Origin: an uncultured Acidobacteriota bacterium
Lineage (GTDB): Bacteria; Acidobacteriota; Blastocatellia; RBC074
Assembly (NCBI GenBank): GCA_963796275.1
Contig: CAWCKY010000003.1
Coordinates: 1,344,001 to 1,408,000, forward strand
DNA length: 64,000 nucleotides
Direction: 5' to 3'
Shown: in pieces, positions 26,341 through 38,199 of the stretch
Numbering within the stretch: position 1 is the first letter of the stretch
How the letters are laid out: each line of letters starts with the position of its first letter
The notes under the pieces: generated by a model
What the model saw: only the letters and a program-made list of their open reading frames with translations
What the model was told of the DNA's origin: nothing
Databases searched by the model: none
Program-made: the position numbers and the translations under genes

Positions 26341-27315
26341 ATGAGCGATTCGTGCACAGTTTGCATTGATACGGGAACGACGAACACGAGGATCTGGCTC
26401 GTTTGCGGCGAGCGGATCATCGCTCGCGCCGACGCGATGGTCGGCGTGCGCGATACGGCGCGCGATGGTTCGCCCGCACGTTTGCGATCCACGCTGCGCG
26501 ATTTGATCGCCGAAGTTTTGGCCCGCAATAATGGCCATGATCCGGATTTTGTTGCCGCAGCGGGAATGATTACCTCGTCGCTCGGACTGATAGAAGTCCC
26601 CCACCTGATCGCTCCGGCGGGAATTAAGGAGCTTGCGGCAAATGTGCACCGCTGCGATTTTCCGGATATTACAAAACTGCCGGTCCTGCTTGTTCCGGGA
26701 GTCCGCACCGGCGCGCAACCGGCAGACCCGAAGACAGTGAATTCGGCTGACCTGATGCGCGGAGAAGAGACGATGTGCGTCGGGCTCATTTCATCGGGTA
26801 TGGCGAATGCGCCCTGCACAGTCATCAATCTCGGCTCGCACTGGAAGATTATCGCTATCGATGCCGATGGCAGAATCGCTGGCAGCATCACTTCGCTGGC
26901 GGGCGAGATGATTCACACAACGCAGACCCAAACGATTCTGGCGAGCGCCGTGACCCAGTCTCGGCCTGAGTCCCTCGATCCTGATTGGGTTGAAGCCGGC
27001 ATGCGCGAGCAGCGCAAATCGGGATTGGCGCGCGCCATGTTCTGTGTGAGGCTGTTGGAACAGGGAAGGCAATCAACTCCGGAAGAAAGGCTCGCATTCC
27101 TGATCGGAGCCTTCATCGCCTCAGATATCGATCCATTGATCGCGCGCGGCGCGGTAATTGATCCGATTATCATCGCCGGGGGAGGCGCTATTGCGGAGTC
27201 ATGGCGGGGAGCGTTGAGAGGCGTCTCACTCAATTCAACAGTGCTCTCGGCTGATGAACTCGAACGCGCACTGTTAGCGGGTTTGCGAAGTCTCACTCGT
27301 CCGGCGAAAGCTTGA
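26341..27315 (+). CDS. dgoK: 2-dehydro-3-deoxygalactonokinase
   Basis: [33 protein letters not shown]. Confidence 0.9.
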   Translation: MSDSCTVCIDTGTTNTRIWLVCGERIIARADAMVGVRDTARDGSPARLRSTLRDLIAEVLARNNGHDPDFVAAAGMITSSLGLIEVPHLIAPAGIKELAANVHRCDFPDITKLPVLLVPGVRTGAQPADPKTVNSADLMRGEETMCVGLISSGMANAPCTVINLGSHWKIIAIDADGRIAGSITSLAGEMIHTTQTQTILASAVTQSRPESLDPDWVEAGMREQRKSGLARAMFCVRLLEQGRQSTPEERLAFLIGAFIASDIDPLIARGAVIDPIIIAGGGAIAESWRGALRGVSLNSTVLSADELERALLAGLRSLTRPAKA

Positions 27316-28975
27316 GCCTCTCACCGATCTCATTCACTAAAGGTGCAAGCGTCGCACGATCGATCGCTGATATAGCCAGGCCGTTATACGCACGGCACCG
27401 GTTGCGCAATTCCTCGGGGTCAGCCATATCCATCTTATTGAATACCAGTAAGCGCGGGATGTTATCCAGTTCCAGCTCGCTCAGGATGCGATAAACAGAG
27501 GCCACCTGATTTTCGAGCTGCGGGCTCGAGGCATCGATCAGGTCGATCAGGAGATCGGATTGCTCCAATTCTTCAAGCGTTGCCTTGAATGCTGCCAGCA
27601 GGTCTTTAGGGAGATCGCGGATAAAGCCCACCGTGTCGTTGATGATGACATCCTGATCGTGCGGTAGACGCAGGCGGCGGCTCGTCGGATCGAGCGTGGC
27701 GAACATCCTTTGCTCCGCCAGGACCCTGCTGTTCGTCAATGAGTTGAGCAGCGTGCTTTTGCCGGCGTTGGTGTAACCGACGATCGAAACCACCGGAACA
27801 TCGCGCCGCGCACGTTGGGCGCGCCGCTGCTGGCGGCTCGCTCGAACGTGAAGCAGTTTTTCTTCGAGCAGGGCGATGCGATCGCGGACGCGCCGCCGAT
27901 CAACTTCGAGCTTTGTTTCACCCGGACCGCGCCCGCCGATGCCTCCCATCAACCGGGACATCTCGGTGCCCGATCCGCTCAATCGCGGCAGCAGATACTT
28001 CAATTGCGCGAGCTCCACCTGTATTCGGCCTTCGCTCGTCTGCGCACGCTGGGCGAAGATGTCCAGGATCAACTGCGAACGATCGAGAATCTTCAAGTCT
28101 GTCGCGCCGTTGATCGCGCGCACTTGCGAAGGTGAAAGCTCGCGATCGAAGACGATCATATCCGCGCCGAGTTGCAGGCTGCGGATGATTATTTCGTCAA
28201 GCTTGCCTTTTCCGACCAACATCTTGGGATCGAGCTCCGCCCGTCTCTGTATGATCTCATCGAGTACGACGAGGCCGCCCGAGGTGGCCAGCTCTCTCAG
28301 CTCATCGAGCGAATCGCGCGCTTCGGCCATAGATGTAGTCGTCACGCCTACCAGGATTGCGCGGTCGCGCGTATCGGACGATTTACGGGCGCCGCGATTG
28401 CGCGCCATCTCAGTCTCGAGCGACTCGATCAGTTCCAGAAAGTTGACGTCGAATTGCCCAGGCAATCGCGGATCGAGGAAGCGATACGTTTGCGACTCAT
28501 TATCTTTATCATTTTCACCGTTAAACCCGCCATTCATTCCCGCTGCGGCGGGCATAAGATGAGCGGCGCGTACCAGACCGGGTAACCCCGATTGCGGATC
28601 TACGTCGATTGCTGCCATCAAATCGAGTCGCAAAAGAGCCAGGTCGGTCAGGTCGTCACGAGTCAGTCCATTCTCGCCGCGCAGATGGGTGTGCAAACAT
28701 CGTAGCCCATTGAAGCGCGAATGACCGAGTCGCGAGCGGTCCTGCGCGGGGAGCACTATCTTAGTCGCATCACCCACGATGACGCTCTCGACATGACCCT
28801 TGCGGTCGATCAGTACGCCTACCTGCCGCCCGATCTCGTGGGAAATTTCGGTCAGCTGGCGCGCGAACTCCGGAGTGACGATCTCTTTGGGCGAAATGCG
28901 GCGCTGATGCATCTTTTCCAGCCGCCGCAGTTGATTGGGCTTCAACCCAAGTGTCTTGCCTTCGATTTGCGGAAT
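27293..28975 (-). CDS. hflX: Ribosome-splitting GTPase HflX with N-terminal extension; probable ATT start
   Basis: [40 protein letters not shown]; SD GAGGAG 8 nt before ATT at 28975. Confidence 0.95.
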   Translation of the reverse strand: MPQIEGKTLGLKPNQLRRLEKMHQRRISPKEIVTPEFARQLTEISHEIGRQVGVLIDRKGHVESVIVGDATKIVLPAQDRSRLGHSRFNGLRCLHTHLRGENGLTRDDLTDLALLRLDLMAAIDVDPQSGLPGLVRAAHLMPAAAGMNGGFNGENDKDNESQTYRFLDPRLPGQFDVNFLELIESLETEMARNRGARKSSDTRDRAILVGVTTTSMAEARDSLDELRELATSGGLVVLDEIIQRRAELDPKMLVGKGKLDEIIIRSLQLGADMIVFDRELSPSQVRAINGATDLKILDRSQLILDIFAQRAQTSEGRIQVELAQLKYLLPRLSGSGTEMSRLMGGIGGRGPGETKLEVDRRRVRDRIALLEEKLLHVRASRQQRRAQRARRDVPVVSIVGYTNAGKSTLLNSLTNSRVLAEQRMFATLDPTSRRLRLPHDQDVIINDTVGFIRDLPKDLLAAFKATLEELEQSDLLIDLIDASSPQLENQVASVYRILSELELDNIPRLLVFNKMDMADPEELRNRCRAYNGLAISAIDRATLAPLVNEIGERLKLSPDE

Positions 28976-29497
28976 GGCCTAAACTCCTCTTAGTGAAGTT
29001 GACGATCGTAAATAAAGGTCATTGGAATCAATATTTTCGGACCTGAGCTCGGGAAGCGCTCGATGATTATATCGTAAGCTCAGAAGAGGAGGACCAGGCA
29101 TCCGCCATCCTCCAGAGCCGCTCAGAAACTATTGATAACAAACAGCTTATCTTACAGAGTCCTTATGTCGATCGATATGGGGAGCGCGTGCGTTCCTGCA
29201 TATTTACATAAGTTAATGACGGCTTCACCATATTACATATTAAATGTTAACGAAACCCTCGATAAATAAATTGTAGAGAATAATGATGCCGTAAAAAAAT
29301 AAAGAAGTACAACCTCCGAGAGTTGTTCAGGGCAATGACAGTCAACTATGCCATTTACCAATGCGGAATAGACGCACTGAAACATAAATACAGCCTGGGG
29401 GGCGCGCGTGAACGCGTGCGCTGTATGTTTCCGCCCGAGGGATATTGATGCAAGCAGGGACGCGAGGGCGCTCCCCGGGATTTTCAGAGGAGTAAAA

Positions 29498-30364
29498 ATG
29501 CTTGAACGGAATATGCTCTCTACCTTTGTTTTCACAGCTATAGTTATTTTGACAGCCGGTCAGACGGTCATTCAGGCACAGTCGGCTACGGCTGCCCGCA
29601 AAGAGATGTCCAAGGATGAGGTCTATACAAGCATAGCGCGGCGCCTCAACGCGGTAGCTGAATCGCCGGTCACTGCCATAGTAGCTGAGATCGATGGTAT
29701 CCTCGAGGTCGCGAATGTCGCGGCAGAAGCCGATGGGAAGGCGACCGCAACGGTGAAGGAGCGCGCGCCCTCAGATGGAAATAGTAAATCGATCCGCTTG
29801 AAATTCGCGCCTCCCGCCAGCGGCGATCAATGGACGTGGGTGGAGTTCGAAGATAAAGGTAGGTTCTACGCGGTCGACAAGCTATTTCCTTATGTGAAAG
29901 ATGAACTGGGCAGACGCAAACAGGTGACGGACGCCAAATGGGCGGCTTACCTCGGCTCGATCATCAAACAGGGTGATGCGGCTAATAAGCTGCTCGAGAC
30001 CTCTAAATCGGTCATCAAGAGCGATCCGCCTCAGCTCGATGCTCTCAAAACTACCCGGACCAATCTGACCCAGGCTATAAAAGATAATGAGAAGGATGTG
30101 ATCGTCAACGCCTGTCTTGAGCTGACACAGCAGTCCGAATCGATTGTCTCTTTGAGCGATACTCACGGCGAGTTGAAAGCCAACGATGCCTACTTGCGAT
30201 TACTCGAGGAGTATAAGAAATCGGTCGAGGGCTCGAAGGTGGCGCGGAAAGATTACGTGCAAAGCGTCGAGGCGTACAACGAATCGCTCGTGCGTCTGCC
30301 TGTCGCGCTAGCGGCGTATGGTCTTCAATTCACGAAAATCGAGCCGAATATCACGGCCGAGTGA
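29498..30364 (+). CDS. Secreted protein with C-terminal LemA-like domain
   Basis: Signal peptide; LKANDAYLRL...ARKDY..SVEAYN......P..LAA..F resembles LemA. Confidence 0.65.
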   Translation: MLERNMLSTFVFTAIVILTAGQTVIQAQSATAARKEMSKDEVYTSIARRLNAVAESPVTAIVAEIDGILEVANVAAEADGKATATVKERAPSDGNSKSIRLKFAPPASGDQWTWVEFEDKGRFYAVDKLFPYVKDELGRRKQVTDAKWAAYLGSIIKQGDAANKLLETSKSVIKSDPPQLDALKTTRTNLTQAIKDNEKDVIVNACLELTQQSESIVSLSDTHGELKANDAYLRLLEEYKKSVEGSKVARKDYVQSVEAYNESLVRLPVALAAYGLQFTKIEPNITAE

Positions 30365-30521
30365 TGACTATCGGTCGCTGCATTCTGCAACTTTTGATTG
30401 TTCGCCGGTCGTATGCAAGGGTGTACTTTGATGGGTGTACATTGATAGGTGTAATTTGATGGGTGTAATCGGTCGAGCGCATCTTGCGTTCGCGCAATCA
30501 ACACTAAGGGGGTATGAGAAG

Positions 30522-30929
30522 ATGAGCGATTATCAGAATGATCCGAATGAACCGCGTGGACCGCTGACTCCGAAACCGCAGCCGCAAACTACGGGGAGCC
30601 GGGCGTCTGAAACGATTGACGATATCACTTCAACCTTACGGGACATCTTCAGCCGCGTACCTGAATCGGTCAATAAAGCAGTCGAACGGGCATTGAATGT
30701 CCGGGATACTACTATTCTGGTACGTTTGAGCGATCCGTCATCGGATGCCGTCGATACACTTGTTTCGGCCGGTATTTTTAAGGGGCGTGCCGAAGCTGCG
30801 GCGTTTTTGATCGACGAAGGAATCAAATCTCAGATACCGCTTTTCCAGCGCATTCAATCCAAACTCACCGAGATCGAGCGCATCCGCCAGGAACTGCGCA
30901 CCAGCGTTTCCCCGGACATACAGAAATGA
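30522..30929 (+). CDS. Hypothetical protein (possible ribbon-helix-helix core)
   Basis: TILVRL...DAVDTLVSAGIFKGRAEAAAFLIDEGI. Confidence 0.65.
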   Translation: MSDYQNDPNEPRGPLTPKPQPQTTGSRASETIDDITSTLRDIFSRVPESVNKAVERALNVRDTTILVRLSDPSSDAVDTLVSAGIFKGRAEAAAFLIDEGIKSQIPLFQRIQSKLTEIERIRQELRTSVSPDIQK

Positions 30930-31079
30930 AGAGTAGAGGATGGAGGATGATAGATGGAGGCGGGGAGTATACAAGGAGACAAGGGGACCAAGGAGAAGGG
31001 GGAGACAAGGAGAGAAGCGGAAGAAATGGACGCCACGTTCTTTCGTCCGTCCTCCCCTTGACCCTTACCCCTTGTCTCT

Positions 31080-31409
31080 TTACCGCCAATTACGATCTTG
31101 CCGATCGTTTTTTTGACGGTAAATTTGTTGACTCGAGCGATTCTGTTGCCGCTGAATCCGTGCCCGCTCGCGCGCAGTGAATTCACCGCCTGAGCGTCGC
31201 GCGTAAGCTTCGTTGACTCTGATTCTGGCTTGCTGTGCCTGAAGACGTCCCGCCTCCCGCCTCGTCAGCTCGCCGCTGCGAACTCCCTGGCTGATTCTTC
31301 CACGCTGATTCTGTTGGCGTTGATTAATGCCCTGTGCCAGTCCCATCAATGGCAATGTCACCGTTATAATCGCTGCTAGAAGAGACAATCTGATCCAAGT
31401 TTTTTTCAT
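31080..31409 (-). CDS. Secreted Gln/Arg-rich helical-repeat protein
   Basis: Signal peptide; INQRQQNQRGRI.QG..SGELTRREA..L; SD GGAGG. Confidence 0.8.
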   Translation of the reverse strand: MKKTWIRLSLLAAIITVTLPLMGLAQGINQRQQNQRGRISQGVRSGELTRREAGRLQAQQARIRVNEAYARRSGGEFTARERARIQRQQNRSSQQIYRQKNDRQDRNWR

Positions 31410-31681
31410 GTGACCTCCGCGTCTTGCCGATTAATTCTTAAATTAAACAAGACAATCATACAATTGAGTCTTGGGGTGCACTGTGTAAGACAGTCGGAGG
31501 GATGGAATGGCCGAAAAACTTTTCAATAAATTTTCCACAAAGACAGGGCAGGGCATTGTTCATCGTTCATTGTTAATTTTACAATTTGTCATTTTTGTTG
31601 AACTCCATTTCTTCAATGACAAATCTAAAATGACAAATGAACGATGAACAATGAATCTGCTCCGTCACTCTGCGCTTCTGC

Positions 31682-33045
31682 TCAGTTCCGATGATCCGGT
31701 GGGCTATGTCTCGGTATTTCGGCTTTGAAATCGCCCAGGCTGGGCCAATGCAGGCGGCGGTTCAGGTCCACCTCCGCCACAATCACCGTTCCCCAATTCT
31801 TCGCTTGAGCCAGCGTCTTGCCTTGATGACCGAAAACTCCGGTCACCATCCAGTTGCTGCTGATGTCTTCGTATGTGCTGCTCACGAGATAGACGTGGTT
31901 CTCACAGGCGCGCGCCTGAGCCAGCATAGGATTGCAGCCCCAGACCGGCCACGCGATCACTTCCGCGCCATTGCTGCTTAAACGCCGCGCCACCTCCGGA
32001 AAGAACCCATCGTAGCAGATCATGATTCCCAGCTTGCCGAATCGAGTATCGAAGACCGGATAGTCGTCGCCGGGAGCGATGCCGGCTTCGATCTCAGACC
32101 GCGGCAGGCTGACCTTGCGATACTTGCCGGCTATGCGGCCGTCAGGACCCAGCAGAACTGCGACGTTATAGATCAGATGCCGGTCGCGTTCCACCAGTCC
32201 CGCTACTATATACAGATTGTGTTTCTTCGCGAGTTCGCCGAAATATTCGGTCGAGGGGCCCGGAATCGGCTCGGCCACATCGACGAAGCTGCGTCTGAGC
32301 CCATAGTAGGTCAGCGTCTCGGGAAGCACCACGAGGTCAGCGCGCTGGCCGGCAGCATCCGCGATCAGAGGCGCAAACATCTGGCAGTTCTCCATCGGCG
32401 TTTTGCCGCCCTTCGGACGGAAGTGCGCCGCCGCAAGTCTTACCTTGCGTTCCGGCAACGGCGCAGTTTCCCGAAAGAGACGGAGCCCCATTCGACCCTT
32501 CCGCGGGGCGCCCAGCGCAGATAGAGTTCGACAACGGCGTGTGTCGCTTTAATCGGCACGCGATAGGTGTCGGAGACTTCGGTCCATCCCTGCGCATCGG
32601 ACGATTTGTCCGTCGGGTATTCCGGTTCAGCCATCGCCGTCATAGCACTGAGATGATCGGTGACCACCTCGGTATCGCGCGGAACCTGTTTGCCTTTATC
32701 GTCCAGCCAGACGATGCGCGCGACGACGCTGCGCCGCGGTTCTGCGACGTTCTCCGATTTGCGAAGAGCGAAGAATCGGTAATGCTTTCCCCCGCTTACG
32801 GAAAAAGATTTCTTCCAGTGGCCATCGAGCCCCTCGCGTTCATCGGCTGCGATGGCGAAACTGCCCTTGCCGTCGCGCCCGCCTTTGGGCAGATAGTTGA
32901 AGCGTGGGCTGATCTCTGCGCGCGGCGCGGCTGTTTGCCAGCCCTCTGGTGGCTGAGAATCGTCGGATCGTATGCCGATCGCTACAGCAACGCAAAACAT
33001 CGCGATCGATGCCGTCGATAGGGTTAATCGGATGATGTTGTTCAT
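31682..33045 (-). CDS. Secreted carbon-nitrogen hydrolase (nitrilase family) with N-terminal beta-sandwich domain; frameshift near 32471
   Basis: Triad motifs LPE, YRK, ICYDG in 31682-32491; signal peptide in 32440-33045; frames join if one base is added. Confidence 0.8.
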
Positions 33046-33064
33046 AGTCGTTGCTCCGGAAAAA

Positions 33065-33132
33065 TAGTTTTCAGTTTTCAGTTTTCAGTTGGATGGTCTC
33101 GATAGCAACCGAAAACTAAAAACTAAAAACTA
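33065..33132. repeat. Heptamer palindrome (TTTTCAG)3...(AAAACTA)n
   Basis: Core GTCTCGAT is the reverse complement of ATCGAGAC. Confidence 0.8.
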
Positions 33133-33141
33133 ATATCATGG

Positions 33142-34102
<961 letters not shown>

Positions 34103-34126
34103 TTTTTCGTTTCTCCTCGGGAACTA

Positions 34127-34202
34127 GTTTGGAGTTCCGCCTTCAGGCGGTCAGAAAATCATAAACGGAAAGGAAAGACCGCGTAAACGCGGAACTCCAA
34201 AC
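34127..34202. repeat. REP-like palindrome GTTTGGAGTTCCGCCTTCAGGCGG...CCGCGTAAACGCGGAACTCCAAAC
   Basis: Inverted arms, each with an internal hairpin. Confidence 0.75.
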
Positions 34203-34292
34203 GCGTTCTCATTGTTTCAGATCGTCGCAGGCGACATTAAATGCTCCTCTTGAAAGTTTTCAGTTGCCGATCGAGACAGCCGAACTGAAAAC

Positions 34293-34592
34293 AAAGTAAG
34301 ACGCAAAAATATTCAGATGATATCTAGTGTTGCGGTTCTGAGCCCCCAAGGGGCGCCGATATAGTAGCCAAGGGAGCAGCGAAGCGTAGCCCCTGGTAAG
34401 TATAAGTGAGTCGTCAAGCCCTGTTGTAGGGGCGCAATAAATCGTTTCGCTATCACGCCCTTCAGGGCTTTATGATTCTTGGCGATGTGTTCCAGGGGCT
34501 CCGCTTTGCTCCACCCCTGGCTATTATATTGGCGCCCCTTCGGGGCTTTGATCTGATCAATCTTTATCAAATAAATATTTGCAATCTACTTA
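34293..34592. mobile_element. Putative degenerate MITE carrying a REP-like composite (34341-34547), inserted into a heptamer palindrome
   Basis: Imperfect terminal IRs; splits an AAAACT(A/G) heptamer arm; no transposase. Confidence 0.45.
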
Positions 34593-34708
34593 AAAACTGA
34601 AAACTATTTATATTATTTCCGGCGTCGTCAACGACGATTTCACGTGTTATGCTGATCTTATTCATCGATCATTTCAATAGTATTTCAACAGGACGGAGGA
34701 GAAAAATT

Positions 34709-35491
34709 ATGCCGTCGAAATATGAAAACCTGCTTTTCGAAACCGATCTTCCGATCGCCCGCGTCACGCTCAATCGTCCCGAACGCCGCAATGCGCTCTC
34801 GCTGGCTTTGATGCAGGAGTTGATCGCGTGCCTGCGCGAAATCGGCGAATCGAAGGATATCCATGCCGTTATCCTCGGTGGCGCTGGAACCGTATTCTCT
34901 TCAGGCCACGATTTGAGCGAGCTACGCGGGCGCTCGATCAACGACTACCGGAAGATTTTCGATGTTTGCGTCGAGTTGATGACAACAGTTCAGAGCATCC
35001 CGCAGCCGGTCATCGCCGAGGTGCAGGGGATGGCGACTGCCGCCGGATGCCAGCTCGTGGCGACTTGCGATCTGGCGGTTGCAGTCGAAGAGGCGATGTT
35101 CGCCACGCCGGGTGTGCGCATAGGCCTGTTCTGCAGTACGCCGATGGTCGCGCTGACTAGGGCAGTGGGGCGCAAACGCGCGCTCGAGATGCTGATGACC
35201 GGCACGCCGATCAATGCGCATATGGCCGCTGAATGGGGTCTGATCAACAGGGTTGTTCCTGCCGCACAAATGCGCGAAGAGACTGAGAGACTGGCCAGTC
35301 AGATCGTCGAAGCGAGCCACCTCGTACTGGGGATCGGCAAACAGGCCTTCTACGCCCAGATCGATCTCGATCAGAAGAAGGCTTATGACTATACCAAAGA
35401 GATAATGAGCCTGAACGCGATGGCTCAGGATGCGCAGGAGGGAATCGGCGCGTTTCTCGAAAAGAGAAGACCAAGCTGGTGTGGGCAATGA
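34709..35491 (+). CDS. Enoyl-CoA hydratase/isomerase (ECHDC3-like)
   Basis: FSSGHDL, ATAAGCQLVATCDL, TPGVRIGLFCSTP. Confidence 0.92.
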   Translation: MPSKYENLLFETDLPIARVTLNRPERRNALSLALMQELIACLREIGESKDIHAVILGGAGTVFSSGHDLSELRGRSINDYRKIFDVCVELMTTVQSIPQPVIAEVQGMATAAGCQLVATCDLAVAVEEAMFATPGVRIGLFCSTPMVALTRAVGRKRALEMLMTGTPINAHMAAEWGLINRVVPAAQMREETERLASQIVEASHLVLGIGKQAFYAQIDLDQKKAYDYTKEIMSLNAMAQDAQEGIGAFLEKRRPSWCGQ

Positions 35492-35779
35492 ATATCTTTT
35501 ATTAAACTATTAGTATGGTTTATCGAGCTATTGACACAATTCATCCGGATGTCATAGAGTGACCCCTGCCTCGGTGCGTAACGGTTCCGGCAAACCAGCA
35601 TCGAGTTATTCTTCCAAACTATAATCAGTGAGAAACGTGACAAACCTCACTCAATTCTGGTCACGTTTGAAAAGCAATCAATCGACAGGCCCCTGGTTGG
35701 CAGAATAGTACGTTTTACTAGCGTTTCTTTACCCTCCTCCCCCTCACATGATCGAAGTACTATTTCAGGAGATTACACA

Positions 35780-36784
35780 ATGAGCAAAACCTTAGTCGCT
35801 TTGTGCGGGATAGCTGTGCTCACGATAGTAGTGGGCGTGGCGAGTTTTATGGTGCGCGGTGTCAACGCACAGGAGAGTGGAAAAGGACAGGATAGCCAGG
35901 ATGGCCAGGTCGTTAAACCTGGGCGGCAGACAAATGGCACTTTCGTCGGTCCTGATGGCACGGTTTACACATCGCAGAAAGCATTTGTGGATGCCGGGCG
36001 CCGGTGTCCGGTTAAGAATTTTGAACTCACAGATGACCGGGAAAGTTCGGGATTGGTTACTACTGCTGCACTAGCTCCTGGCAGTGTCACGATTAATACC
36101 TATTTCTGGGTAATTCAGGCAAACGGGACCGCAGGCGTTTCCGGAACCGGTTTTGTATCGGCCGCAGCGATAAACGCTCAGATCAACGTCTTGAATAATG
36201 CTTTCGCAGGAGCGGGACCTGGCGGAAATGGGGCAAACACACCCTTCAGGTTCCGACTCGCAGGCGGTGGTTATGTAGTTAATTCATCCTGGTATAACGC
36301 GGGTATCGGAACGGCTGCCGAGTTTCAGATGAAGAGTTCGTTACGGACCGGTAGCTTCGACGATCTCAATATCTATCTGAACATGGCCGACGGAAACCTC
36401 GGTTATGCGACTTTTCCCTCGGATGCGGATGCTAATCCTGAACTAGACGGTGTCGTTGCTTTCGGGCCCACATTACCGGGCAGCAACTTCGAGCCATATA
36501 ACCTGGGAGATACGATTACTCACGAAGTCGGCCACTGGCTCGGGCTCTTCCACACTTTCCAGGGCGGCTGTACTGGTAACGGAGATTTCGTCAGCGACAC
36601 GCCTGCCGAAGCTTCTCCCGCCTTTGGATGTGCGATCGGACGAGACTCGTGTCGTAACAACGCTGGGGCCGACCCGGTCACGAACTTTATGGACTATAGT
36701 GATGATTCCTGTATGTTCCGGTTTTCGTCAGGACAATCAGCGAGAATGGATAGCTTGTATACCACTTTTCGTCTGGGTCAGTAG
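35780..36784 (+). CDS. Secreted M43 zinc metalloprotease (ulilysin/pappalysin family)
   Basis: HEVGHWLGLFH, Met-turn NFMDY, DTPAE. Confidence 0.92.
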   Translation: MSKTLVALCGIAVLTIVVGVASFMVRGVNAQESGKGQDSQDGQVVKPGRQTNGTFVGPDGTVYTSQKAFVDAGRRCPVKNFELTDDRESSGLVTTAALAPGSVTINTYFWVIQANGTAGVSGTGFVSAAAINAQINVLNNAFAGAGPGGNGANTPFRFRLAGGGYVVNSSWYNAGIGTAAEFQMKSSLRTGSFDDLNIYLNMADGNLGYATFPSDADANPELDGVVAFGPTLPGSNFEPYNLGDTITHEVGHWLGLFHTFQGGCTGNGDFVSDTPAEASPAFGCAIGRDSCRNNAGADPVTNFMDYSDDSCMFRFSSGQSARMDSLYTTFRLGQ

Positions 36785-37356
36785 CTCAGGGTCAAAAATC
36801 ACGTAGGCAATAGGAAATCAGAAGAGAGAACGCGAACAAGCGGGATAAGTAAAATATACGAAAGGTCGCATTTTTCGTTATGTTTTATTTATTCTACTTG
36901 TTCGCGTTCTCTCTTTTGAACGGTAGATAATCGCAGAAAACACAGAGAAATCCGTAGAAATGTGTCTTCGTATTTATGAAATGAGCACTAAATTTAAATC
37001 ACGATGAATATAATTTACTGCCACGTCCCCCTCGTCGGGCGCTTTGGACAGTATCAATTAGCAGACAGGATTAGATGCGACCACCTGCACAGTTCAATAT
37101 CCCGCGACCGGGAGATGATTGAAGCCGTTATGATCAATCCCCAATTTGTAGCACCTTGAGTCCCTGATCCAACCATCGATATACAACGTTGGGATCGAAA
37201 CTTGGTTTCACATATATGACAATAACTAACAGGGGCCTGAATGATCGTCGTCATGCTATTCTTAATTAGTAACACTTTCGTCTTGAACGTGACCAGATAG
37301 AGAGAGTCAGCGCGCGCCGTACGTCGCCGGAATCACTCATACTGGAAGAGGGCGAA

Positions 37357-37439
37357 TCTCCCCACCTTTGACTTTCCACGTGCCCCAAGCATTCGCGATC
37401 TCTCCCATCGAATATTCCAGGATTGCCAGTTCGGGATAG
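37357..37439 (-). pseudogene. Diverged fragment of the neighbouring acylase gene
   Basis: Matches 38970-39050 with 5 substitutions and a 2-nt insertion. Confidence 0.75.
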
Positions 37440-37493
37440 ACGTGAATTGATCATCATCGTCATGCTATGCTCGTTAATCTTTGAGGTGACTTT

Positions 37494-38093
37494 ATGCAAG
37501 AAGAGAAGAAACCGAAATTCCACGAGCTGCCCGCCGAGGAGCGGGAGCGCATCATTCGCGAAAGCCGTAAAGAACACGAGCGCTTGCTGGCCGAGCGGAA
37601 GGAGCAGTTGAAGGATGTCGAGATCTTTTGTGAAATCGAAACTTTCCAGGCGCAACCATCCTCCAGGTTGCCGGAAACCGAAGGGAAGTCGGGCGACGGC
37701 TGGGGGACTGTGCTCTTGCCGGTCTATGACGAACCTGAATCTTTCAGCTACTCATTCTTGAAAATCTCTTTGATCAATCATTCTGCGAAGTATATCGATA
37801 TGGGCTTGTTTGATCCGTGGGAGATTGTGGATGTGGCGGTCTCCGATCAGACGGGCAAACGATTGCCTGACCGCCCCCGCCCTCAACGCAAAGTTGGTGG
37901 CGGTTATTCGCAGGGGATCGAGCCGGGAGGGAGACTCAGCTGGCAGTTAGATCCAACTTCATGCGCCAAAATTAAATATCCAGGCGCTTACTGGATCGAG
38001 ATATCGACTGTGGGTGATGTCCACAGCCTGATGAAGATCACCAATCGGACACTGCAATACACCTTCGAAGAGAGAATGGACGCTCGTAAATAA
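37494..38093 (+). CDS. Hypothetical protein (charged N-helix, beta-rich C-domain)
   Basis: 199-aa ORF with SD GAGGT. Confidence 0.6.
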   Translation: MQEEKKPKFHELPAEERERIIRESRKEHERLLAERKEQLKDVEIFCEIETFQAQPSSRLPETEGKSGDGWGTVLLPVYDEPESFSYSFLKISLINHSAKYIDMGLFDPWEIVDVAVSDQTGKRLPDRPRPQRKVGGGYSQGIEPGGRLSWQLDPTSCAKIKYPGAYWIEISTVGDVHSLMKITNRTLQYTFEERMDARK

Positions 38094-38199
38094 TCACCTT
38101 CACTTGCGCGCGCATCCGCTCCATTGAGGGCGGACGCGCGCTTCCTCGGCTTTTCATTGGTATGGGAAGTCTTGCCCAAGCCGGCAATTGTCAGTTCTT

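Noticed and set aside
34313-34570. 85-aa ORF
   Set aside because: Lies entirely within the palindromic repeat element
35588-35600. GGCAAACC suggesting a c-di-GMP-I riboswitch before the M43 protease
   Set aside because: No following GNRA stem or GACGCAAAG second hairpin
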